This document shows positions 53,291 through 64,000 of a stretch of 64,000 bases of DNA, piece after piece. Position 1 is the stretch's first letter, and each line of letters begins with the position of its first letter. The notes below the pieces were generated by a model, which worked only from the letters and a program-made list of their open reading frames with translations, was not told the origin of the DNA and searched no databases. A program made the position numbers and the translations under genes. This stretch comes from Camelus ferus (taxonomy: Eukaryota): the NCBI RefSeq assembly GCF_009834535.1, contig NC_045696.1:112470001-112534000 (forward strand). Reading direction: 5' to 3'.

Positions 53291-53639
53291 ACTGAAGCAG
53301 TGACTGTAAAGATATGGAGGGGAGGAACAAGGGTAGGGGGAGTGGGGGGGTAGATAGACCCAACAGAATCAGCTAGAGAGTAAGTGTTTAAATTATATTT
53401 ATTCTGGAATGAACCAAATATGGAATTATTTGATAGCTATTCTTTCTTCAGGACAGAGAAGGAACAAATTACTTGCACCCATAGCTCTGAGAACTTCAAG
53501 CACTTAATTAGTCTGAGTGAAAAATAATTTTATCATATGTTTCTTTTGACTAAAGAATTAATATTGCTTTATAATTAAAAGCCAAACTTCTCTGCTCTTA
53601 AGAGCTAAAAGCATTATGTATCACGTTCTTGTCCACTGA

Positions 53640-55170
53640 AAGGCTAAACTTACAACACTTTCTGGACCTGTATTAAATGCCAAATCCTGTCCTAGACACT
53701 GTAAATATGGAGAAAAGGATAATTCTGCCCTTTATTTCCTTTCTAACTGGAGATAATGACATGTCTACAGACTACCATATTTCTTAACAAATTTGAACAT
53801 CTTGACAGATGTATGAAAGCACAGAGCGGGTGAGCAGTCTGGCAGGGAATGTACATGGGCTGGGGACCTCAGAGGAACACCTCATGGAGGGGGTGATGCT
53901 TCAGCTGCATCTTGGGCAATAGTTGTTGGCCTGGTTTCCCAGCACGACTTATTGAAGGAACTGTCTTCTCTTCATTGTATATTCTTGCTTCCTTTGTCAT
54001 AGGTTAATTGACCATAAGTGTGTGGGTTTATTTCAAGACTTTCTATCCTGTTTCATTGATCTATGTGTCTGTTTTTGTGCCAGTTCCATACTGTTTTGAT
54101 TACTGTAGCTTTGTAGTATAGTCTTAAGTCAGGGAGCATGATTCCCACAGCTCCATATGATACCACTCAGACGTAGAATCTTAAAAAAAAAAAAAAAGAA
54201 AAAAGAAACAAACAAACAAAAAAAGACAAATCTTATTTACAAACCAAAAATAGACTCACACAGAAAACAAACTATGGTTAACAAAGGGGAAAGGGTGGGG
54301 GAGGGATAAATTAGGAGTTTGGGATTAACAGAGACACATTACTATTTATAAGATAAACAAGAAGGACCTACTTATATAAGGAGCTATATAACACAGGGAA
54401 CTATATTCAATTTTTTGTAATGACATATAATGGAAAAGAATCTGAAAACAATATATATGTATGTATCTGTATAATGGAATTGCTTAGCTGTACACCTGAA
54501 ACTAACATTGTAAATCACTACACATCAATAAAAAATAAATAGATAGATAAATCAATCGATCAATAGATAAAAATCGTTGTTGGCCTGGGGATGAAGGGCA
54601 CGTCTAGCTGTGGGAAACATCATGAGATGACAGGGGAAACAGTCTGGGGTGAATGGAGCAGGAGTCCATGAGACGGGGAAAAATCTAATGAAGCAGGTAA
54701 GGGTCAGATCGTGAAGAGCCTTCTTTGATAATCACAGGGATCTAAAACTTCCCCTGGGGTGTTAAAAAGGAAAGGATGAAGGATTTGTTTGAGATCATTC
54801 TTATGCTGGTGGTATGAAGATGGTCGAAGTGGGGTCAAGCCAGGTTGAGGGATTTCCGTCTAATTGTAACTAGGTCAGAGAGAACTAGTTTCAGAACAAG
54901 GCAGTGGAAGCAAAGACTATGAAGACACAGATCAGGCATTTAGAAGAGAGAACAGGCAGTATCTGGTGACATATTAAATAGACACGGTACAAGAGAGGAT
55001 GAAGTTTAATATGACTCCCACACGTCTGTCTTTGGCAACTGAGTGAAATATGGTGCTACTTTCTGAGAAATCGGATTTATTAATGCGCCTACTGCCAGGC
55101 ACAGGTGGCAGCAGGGGCAGATGAGCAGACAGGGAGGAGAGGAAGGAAGAACTTAGCTCTGGTTCAGCCC
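53640..55170 (-). mobile_element. L2 LINE remnant split by the L1 at 53935-54571
   Basis: gtattaaatgccaaatcctgtcctagacactg; gggtcagatcgtgaagagcctt; atgactccca...tttggcaactgagtgaa. Confidence 0.7.
53935..54571 (+). mobile_element. 5'-inverted (twin-primed) L1 insertion
   Basis: Antisense ORF2 piece 53935 to ~54155 joined to a sense 3' UTR; TSD aatagttgttggcctgg (53918-53934) / aatcgttgttggcctgg (54572-54588). Confidence 0.92.
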
Positions 55171-56089
55171 CGCTTAGGAGCACTTTTCATTTCCTCAAAG
55201 AGTAGCTTTGGGTAAGCCAGTCATCCAGGAAAAAATGTTGATTATTAATAACATTTCTGGTAAAAACATTTGGTCTCAAGAGCAGGGTTAAGGCTGAATT
55301 ATCCAAACTGTCTTTGGAGATCAGCACGTTCAGTCAGACATGCTTTAACTCGTCCATACCGAAGACTTTACCTTGATGTCACTTGGCTCATGGGATGGAT
55401 GAATGAGTTACGCTAAGTCCATAAAACTGAAGCAGAAATCGCTCACACAAGAGAAATGGAAACTTAACATTGGACTCTTAGGGGGATATAAACTCTTGGT
55501 GAAGATGTGAGAATAATATGGCTTAGTTAGCATAGAACTAGAAAACTTAAAGCAGTGGTCTTACAGCTCCATGTACAAAATGAGGCCAAATTTGAATACA
55601 TTCTCTGGAAAATTCTAGCAGCACACAGCTGTGCTTGAAACCTCCAAATCATCACAGTCCAAGGTTAGCTGCTAGCCTCATAATTTCTGGATAACACTTT
55701 TATTTTCTCACGCTCCGTGAGTGGTCCCGGCTCTCCTCAGAACCAGCCTTCTGGCTTCCTCACAGCTGTGGCTGTGTGCACCGGACCCCCTCTCTGCCAC
55801 TGGTTCACTCTCCAACAGAAGGCTGAGGTAACCTGGGAGAACATTTGATGTGTTCTCTCCAGGCCCACGACTGACAACTTTGATGGGCCTGTTTTCAGCC
55901 AAAGACTCCCCAATAATATTTATAAAACCATGAGCCTTGTTAGCATTTGAGGGAGGTCTGGTTTCAGTCTTCCTTCAGAGAGACAAATAATGTGTCCTTG
56001 GGTTCCCAGGGTCTTGGGTCCCTTTCCTATGACTCAAGGCCCCCCAGGACCCAAGCCAACACTCCCCAAGCTGCTCAGCTCTATTTAGG

Positions 56090-56515
56090 AGGTAGCATGG
56101 GCTTCTGAGCTGGGCTCTGGAGTGCTCTGTCTAGACCCCACTTCAGAAGGGCACTCACCACCCCCGTTCCTGAAATGTTGGCTGCTGCCAGCTCAGCTGA
56201 GGCCTCTCTGACCATCTCTCTCAGCAGAAGGGAAACACCTGTTCCATATCACTCCTCCTCCGCAGGGACAGCCAGAAGACCCCACCCCTCTGCCTCAAGT
56301 CTGGACAATTCAAGAGAACCATCCCAGCTCCATGGTGCATCGAGGGTCTGGCTGAGAACCACGTCAGCCGCTGGAACTGTATTGAATTCCTTCTCCCACC
56401 TGGTCCAGCTTTCCTCATTCTCGCACAGGTATAGCTCCCAAGGGCATGTTCCAATAAACTTTCTCTGTATAAATAACAGCTGAGACTCTGTTTCCTGGGG
56501 AAGTGGACTAAGTCC
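56090..56515 (+). mobile_element. ERVL LTR (LTR16-like)
   Basis: ctcccaagggcatgttccaataaactttct...gagactctgtttcctggggaagtggactaag matches the LTR16 3' end. Confidence 0.8.
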
Positions 56516-56904
56516 ATCCTACACTTTGAGATAACCTATGACCATGAGCAGTCACTACAATGGTAAGAAGAGCCAACAGATGAGCCTTTATCAGAATTGA
56601 GACCAAATTACAGATATTTTCATGCATGTGGCAGCTGTTGGCCACTTTTGACAACCAGCTGTCCTGTCTGTGTGTTACTCTCCCTGGGTAGAGTTGCAAC
56701 CCACCAACGGTGGCTGGGATCACACCGAGAAGGAAACAGCGTGGGGCCAGGTTCTCAGATTCTGGTCTCTGAGCTGGGTGGAATTAGTTTGCACGTCAAC
56801 AACCTTCAGCTTGTTTAAAAGTTCCAGCTTCAGGAACTCCAGACCATGAAGACATGAGTGCTAACCATTCTTGAGGGTGGTTAAAGAGAAAGTCACAAAC
56901 CCGA

Positions 56905-57045
56905 AACACCAACGGTTACTATTTGAATGCCTGCTGTAGATCAAGCTCTCTACATTTTTTTCTCATTTAATCATGACAGCAGACTTACAGTGAAAATATT
57001 GTTATCTCTGTTTGATGAATGAGAAAGCTGAGATCCAGAGATATT
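56905..57045 (-). mobile_element. MIR SINE fragment
   Basis: tctcatttaatcatgacagc...gatgaatgagaaagctgag. Confidence 0.7.
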
Positions 57046-59284
57046 TCTAATTATTATCTTCTTTGCCCCCCCTCTTCCCTCACCCTCTGCAGAATAAACA
57101 TGAGTCTCTCTCTTTTATCTTAGAAATATTTCCTTTCTCCACTTCCTCCCAACTTGGAGAAGAGCCTCAAATTCCAGGCCATTGGCAGGAACCACTCTCT
57201 GTCTCCCTCCATTCCTTCTCACACAGCCTTTCTGCATTGGGTGGGTGGACCAGAAAAGCTGCGTGACAACATGTCAGCATCCCTAGGTTCTAGATCCTTG
57301 GCGTCGTCACAGTTCTAAAGCCTTGAGCGAATCACAAGCTCTCTGCACCTCATTTTTAACCTGTAAGATGAAGGAATTGAATTTGTTCTATGATTTTCTA
57401 AAGCTGCCCCAGGGAGCACATCCTGACTTCAGATTTCCTCATGATTTTCTGTGGCTTCTTGCACAATTTAGGTCTCGGTTGCTGTTTAACGGCCCATAAA
57501 ATGGGGTCTGATTTTTCAGGCTGTCAGCGGTTACACTGCAGAGAAAATGATAGCTTTGAGTCCATGTTTGTACCGATTTATTCTACAGAGTCTTTTCTGG
57601 GATCCAGACCCGTGGGCACATGCCAACTTTTAACGTGGGTTTTCAAGGTAGCCTCTCACGACCATTTTGTAAACCCTGTATATCTATCTGCAGGAATTGC
57701 CCATTGCCATTTGAAGAATCAGGTGGACCCCATGTATTAGAATGTCTGAAATTAGAAAGACACACAGAGGTATTTGTATATTTTTCTAACTTTTCTAATT
57801 GTGTATTTTTCCTACCCATAAAAGGAATAGGGACAGAAAACAGAGGGGGAAAGTCAGGGGGACACAGAGATGAACAAGAGATTGGGGGGCAGGTGAGGAC
57901 AGAGAAGGAAAGGGAGAAACAAATAAGTAGAAAGTAAGGAAGAAGAAAAAGGAAAAAAAAACTGGTTTGAGTCCCAAAAAGGACAAAATAAGAACAAACG
58001 GGGCCCTCATTTATGGTAAAATAAAGAAACCTGAGTGGTCAGCTGTCTACGCCCTTGCACCCTGGCACTGGGAGTGCATTTAACCTCCGAAGAAAGTGAA
58101 TCTCCTTGACAAGAAGTCAAGCAGGAATTGAATGGGCGGAACACATCTCAAATGTGATAATAAGAGCAAAGCTTTGGAAGAGTAGTGGAATGCATATAGA
58201 GTGGGAGGAAAGCAAAGAGAGTTCTATTTTTGATTTTGACAGAAGAATTGTTTCTGGGGAAAAAAAAAAACTCTGTAATTTCCTAGGCACAAAGGCCTCT
58301 CCTGACATATGAGATCATTTATCTACTCTCTCCTTGGCGTCTATCATCCAGCCCTCCATCATCCGTTGTCTCTATGGCAACCATCACCACCGCACCGAGG
58401 TGTTTTGACACCCCAGAACCAAGCTTCCAGTTCAGGGATCTGTCGCCTGAGGTGAACACAATGCAGAAGAAGTGTTCTGGGGTCCTTCCTTAAATGCACT
58501 GCGTCTCCAAGATAGTGTCTTCCAAAGAATGCATTTCTTAGCATTGTCAAGTGAGGCCCTGGCCCTTTAAAGCAATTGTTAACGAAGATGTTTCCATTTT
58601 TTTAGAAAATAAATCAGGTATGGGTGTTTTTTTTTTTTTTCAGGGTTGGCTCCCTCATTTTCTCTCGCTCCCTCTTGCTTTTTTCTCTTCTCCTTTTGAA
58701 TATGCATTTCTTCCTCCCACCGTGCCTGCTGGCAAACTTCCAAGGATTTTTATCAAATGTTCTGGGGAGTGAATTACTCATTTTAGGTTATTTAAATGAA
58801 AGAGATGCATAATACCACTTCACATTCAAATTGCGTGAAACCCTGCCCATGAACTCTTTTATCTACGTGCATCGATGTGCTCTCAACCCCCAGCTCCCAC
58901 TTTCCATTAGCCTCTCCCTGGAAGCGGCCACAACTAAACGAAGTCCAGTGGACACTAAACAGTCAGAAATATTTTCCTGGCCACATTTCGTAGTTCCAAT
59001 GTTACATATTCTTTCATAATTAATGTGCATTGTGACCTATGCTATGTCTCTAAATTACATGGCTTCGGATGCAAAAAAAAAAAATTAGTTCTACCAGGGG
59101 TCTTTGCTGCCTTTTAACATCACTGAATGAGGTGCATAAACAACTTAGAGAAATTGAGGACTGGGTTTAATGTCTTTGTAATGACTCCATCCGGGAGAGA
59201 GGAGGGAAGAAGGCAAGAGGAGAAGATGGGAAAGAGAACAGCTTCCAAAGCAAGGACACAGAGCCATCTTCCATAGCAAGTCGT

Positions 59285-59500
59285 TGATTTAATGAAAGTT
59301 TACTGAGCACCTGCTGTGCCCGGCATGGTGCTCGAAGCCGAGCGCAAGCCAAGCCCACACAGTCTTGCCCTCGTGGGACTTAGAAGGGAGGTCTTTTGAA
59401 CTCAAAGAGCGAAGTGGTGGTGAGTGGTCAGGACTGGGTGGTGGTGAAGGACAGAATGCGTTTGGGGAAAGGAAAGCCTAGAAATGCATCCTAGAGAGGT
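59285..59500 (-). mobile_element. L2 3' end fragment
   Basis: tttactgagcacctgctgtgcccggcatggtgct...cttgccctcgtggga. Confidence 0.75.
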
Positions 59501-60730
59501 ACAAAGACAAGTTTAAAATCTCAGAAAATGTGTGTGCATTTAATTCTGTTAAAAGTAGAGGGAAACACATTCAATTAATATATAATGAAAACATTATTTA
59601 CCATATATTTCCCTAATCATTGCTTACACCACAGAAAGAACCAAATGTTCCTTTGTAAGAAGGAAGGTGATGGACAAGACTGAATTAGTTGTTCCTGTCT
59701 AGCTATACAGATGGTAAAATATTTTGATAATCACCCTTTAAATACAGAGTTAATTGCAATGCACTGCCGACAGCAAAAGTGTATTTCCATGTTTTCCCTA
59801 TTCCAAATTTTCACAATTTATTCTCTATAGGAAAGCAAACATGAGTCAAATCCTTCTTTGCTTTATCTCTAAGGTTCATTAATAAATTGTCCTGAATATT
59901 TTCATGAACATGAAAAAGAGGACGGAATGCCCTGAAAAACAGCATCTCTCCTCTTGCATTTTCTGCTTCTTTAGGAGGTTGTGGGCATTCATTTCCTACT
60001 GACTAGATGATTGTCATTCTCTCAAATATCTATAGACAAGTCCTTCAGGCCAGATCAAAGCCAAGTGTTCCAGGGTGAGTGTACCAGAGATGGGCCTTCA
60101 GTAGGGGATTGTGACAAAGTATTGACCCCATTTACCTTGGGGCCCAAAAGTTTGTCCCTGGGAACACTAATCTGAGAAAATTTCCCCAAGTGTTTTATTT
60201 CATTTCATTCTCACAAGACCAAGATAACATGTTTTCTATGTTGGGTGTCCAATGACTCTTCAGCCTTGCACATGTGGCCTTGCCTTTGCCCATCGCCCCC
60301 TCACCCTTTTGTCCTCTAGATGCCCTGATTCCCGCCTAGTCCCCCAGGGCACCATGGTTTTCCCCCTCTGCCTGGGCTGTGCCTTCTTCCTGGATCCTCC
60401 TTTCTGCTAAAGGTTGGCCTGCACCATGAACTTAAGCCTGGGCAGTGACACTTCAGGAGACAGGACCAGCCAGCACTGAGCGACAGATGGAGCACAGAAC
60501 CCCACGCTTGGACGGGATCCCTCTGTGCCTTCCACGCAGTTCCTCCAACTGTCTTAACTCTGTCGTGATGTTGTCACCCTAGAAGTCACTGAAAAGGTGC
60601 TGCTTTCAAAACATGTGCTCTGGAGAGCACCACTACCACGTCTCTCTCTACCAGCTGGGCTTTGCCCTTGATTTGCACCTCCTGTACCTGGGCCTGGGGT
60701 CCTTCCACACATGCACCCTTTGGAGAGATT

Positions 60731-60911
60731 GGTAGTTCCCAAACCCAAGTGAACGTAAGAATTACCTGGAGGCTTTGTTCAGATTTCTGGGCCCCATCCC
60801 GGTCGGATTCAGGATGGGGATAGGATAGGACATGAGTATTTGCATGTCTAACAAGTCTCCAGGTGATGCTGATGCTACTGGTCCAGGGATCACACTTGAA
60901 AACCACCACTG
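60731..60911. mobile_element. MER5A (hAT-Charlie MITE)
   Basis: atttgcatgtctaacaagtctccaggtgatgctgatgctactggtccagggatcacacttgaaaaccaccactg. Confidence 0.88.
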
Positions 60912-62020
60912 GACACTGTATTTTCCTTGTATCAATTGAGCTTGGTGTGCTCAAGCTTTCATTTATATAATACAATCCCTTTTCTTTTCCTTTTTTTTCC
61001 CCTTTTGCCTAATTGCCTACTTTCTACCGTTTGTATTTTTCTTTTTCTGCTTCCTCCTCTCCAGCCTGTGCCCTAGGTATTCCAATAACCCGGCTGGGCT
61101 TTGTTTAGCTCTGCTCGGAGCAAACAGGACAACAATGGTTCCCATCTCTGGCTCCACTACGTTCACCTCTAAAATATCAGATGTACTTGTGCATTCTGCC
61201 AGGCAAACTAATCTGGGATATTTCAAATGTATTTCATGGACCAGAATAAACCGGCATATTTGAGTAAAGCCATGTTCTGGATGTATTAAAGTGGAAAAAC
61301 TGGCATGAAAATCAGGTCTCATGTAAACAGGAGATTATTATTACTTAGAATCCTATAATGTCCCGTCATATGGGTCTCTAGGGTATTCACAAACCCATTT
61401 TTACATAATTATGTGAAGAACATGTATTTTATATGAGATGGTGAAATTAAATACAAAATAGGGCATTTTGAAATGGCTGTAATGTTTTAAACGAAGAAAT
61501 GAAACTGTTTCGAGACATATGTAGGAAAGAAAATTTATAGACGGCAGTTTTTAAGAGGCTCTATTAATTCCAAAGAAAACACAGGATGAAAATGAAATAC
61601 ACAAAGAATAAAATAAGAGGTCTCCCATAAAACTCAGTCTACGTGATTCAAGTGGTTAGGCTGCCTTCTAACAATGCGAATCTTACAACGTGACGCTCAC
61701 CCACATTAGCATTTCAATGGCACGGTACTTCTGTTAACACGCTGTTGCTGTGCTGCAGCCTGCCCCTTCTCCCCGCCCTCTGGTCTTGGGTGTCCCCCAA
61801 AGGGAAGAGGATACGGCTGGGTGATGAGTCTTGTATTTATTTACACCTGTGCCAATCTAGCCTAGAATTACCTAGCCAGTTGCTGGATTTTGGTGGAAAC
61901 ATTAAAAGTACAAATCAAATACATCTTGTAACCAATCCATTCAGAAAGCACCCAATTTATAAACCAGCTTTCGGAATTGAGCAAAGAGTACTTTATCCCA
62001 TCCCAGAGACTCTAGTGTAA

Positions 62021-62500
62021 TGTCCTACGCAGAGGCTACTCCCAGAAATGCATACAAAGATCTAAGTAAATTTTAGATCAAATGGAAAGACTCAAGATGC
62101 TCGCTTTAAAATTTAATGGTAATATTTTGCTTTTAATTTTTTAATTAACATGCATAAAATACGTGAAATTACTTTACAGACTTAAAGTTGCCATATATAA
62201 AGTTGCCATTGCCAATATATATATATTTTACAAATTTAAAGTTGCCATTATATATTAGATCTTTTGACAATTTGTCCCACACAGAGGAGAATCCCAGCAG
62301 TGCTTACAAAAAGCTAAATAAACTTCAGATCAAATGGAAAGATTCAAGAAGCATAGATGCTCATTTTAAAATTTAATAGAACTATTTTGCTTTTAGTTTT
62401 TTAATATAACGTTTCCTTACATAAGCATAAAACTATGTGAAATCGTTTTATAAACTTTAAATCGCTGTTATATTAGTTATTTGGATGATTTGACTTTCAC
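62021..62500. repeat. Diverged tandem duplication, period about 252 bp
   Basis: tgtcctacgcagagg (62021) / tgtcccacacagagg (62273); both units carry agatcaaatggaaaga, tttaaaatttaat, tattttgctttta and gcataaaa. Confidence 0.9.
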
Positions 62501-64000
62501 CCAATCTGATCCTCAATGGCACTGTGCGCCCTCTTCCAAGTAGGTAAAACGGAGGTCCACCTATTTGCGCAATCTGCTCTGGAGAGAAAGAGAATCATAT
62601 TTTTCCCACATCCTAGAGGAAGTTTTTCGGATATGTTCTGGGCCACCTCCCTTTAGCAGTGCCCTCTGCAGCACGGCTTTAGGAAAATGTTGACTGTCCC
62701 CTCCTAGGGAGCTAGCCACCTGAGGTCAACAGCAGCCCTAGTAGGAGTTACTCCTTTGCTTTGACACTGGAGAAGCTTCGGATCTAAGAGACCAGCTGAA
62801 GGACGTGCAGGGAGGCTTCCCAAGTTGATGGGCAGCCGATGACTTTGGCCAAGTGGTAACGGGGGTGGGAAGGCCCCAAGCCTTTAGCAGGATCAGGATG
62901 TCTTCCTTGACCTTGCTCTACAAACTGAGGGTGTTTTCCATCTGGGAATAGGTAAAGGAGATGATTATAGGGGTTATATGGACAGAACATTAAATAACAC
63001 TGAGTCACAGCATGACAGTATTTTTTCCTCTTAAATTTCTTTCAGCCTTGATTAGGCAAACAGAAAAGGAGCTCTGGAGGTTTTCTAGCCTCAGATAAAG
63101 GGACCCAATGAAAAGGATGGGAATAAACAAACATCTTTTCAGCTTTTTCTCAGCCCCACTCCACATGGTTGACTTTCCACGTCCTGCAGACAAAGAAAGC
63201 GCTGTTGCCCAGCTAAAAACAGAGGAGCTAGGATTTGAACCTGGAATTCTGGTGTTAGTGGCATTTCTTTCTCCATCACCCTCTGACTCCCCTTTCTGCC
63301 TGGATTTTCCATCACTGTAGACAGAGACGTCTGCTTCTACAACTGGTGCTATTTCAATGTGCACATCGAGACTTTACGTCCCGGGGCGGGGTGCCAGTGT
63401 TTCCTTCTCAAACACCTTTCAGCCATCTTTAATAATCTAAGCAAAACTCCCAAGGCCAGCTGGCCTGAGGGATGAGCCTTCAGCCATGACCTAAAAGAGG
63501 CACAGGGCTTGATTTGGACAATGGTAAAAACACCTGCAAGCAGGAACTTGTCATTCTACATGAAGCAAAGAGTAAAGCGAGGGAGACTTACATGCTTGTG
63601 ACTTACACAGCCACCTTTTGAAAAAAATTATACATAACCTCACTGCTATGGATAAGGACCATGCTTTATCAGGGTAATGAAATGAGCCATGTTACTCTAA
63701 CCCCACCAGACTCTATGGACTAAAGGTTATCTGTGTACGTGAGCCTTCCTTGCAGCCATAAACAAACCATAAATAAAGATGCACGTTTCCACGGAGTAGA
63801 GATGTCAATTTATGGCTGGAGGCTCCCTTAGCCTGACTTCATGATCTACATGCCTTCTTTTCTCAACATGAAGAAATACTCCTCTTCAAATATAAGATGT
63901 CCAAGATTCAACCAAGTGAATTATCCTTCCAATATCCTGATACAGTCAGTCTTTTATTTTTTCTTGCTACAAAATGTGCATCTGTAACACAAATTAGCAC

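Overview
Mammalian non-coding genomic DNA, almost certainly camelid (camel, alpaca or llama), judged from three tRNA-Ala-derived SINEs of the vic-1 type and matching young L1 3' tails. I recognise no intact protein-coding gene, RNA gene or CRISPR array. The only ORFs resembling known proteins are decayed LINE-1 ORF2 fragments. Much of the window is interspersed repeats (L1, L2, MIR, MaLR/ERV LTRs, hAT and Tigger MITEs), often nested. Family names come from recalled consensus sequences, so subfamily calls and boundaries are approximate. LTR orientation is skewed (11 plus, 2 minus), which hints at an intron of a large minus-strand gene. The best leads are a 21-nt minus-strand microexon candidate (6360-6380), a CpG-retaining block with splice signals at 33.4-34.3 kb, enhancer-like blocks at 26, 43.8 and 49.4 kb, two twin-primed L1 insertions (one with a chimeric 3' end), and a diverged ~250-bp tandem duplication at 62 kb. 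I found no evidence for a new multi-gene biological system.
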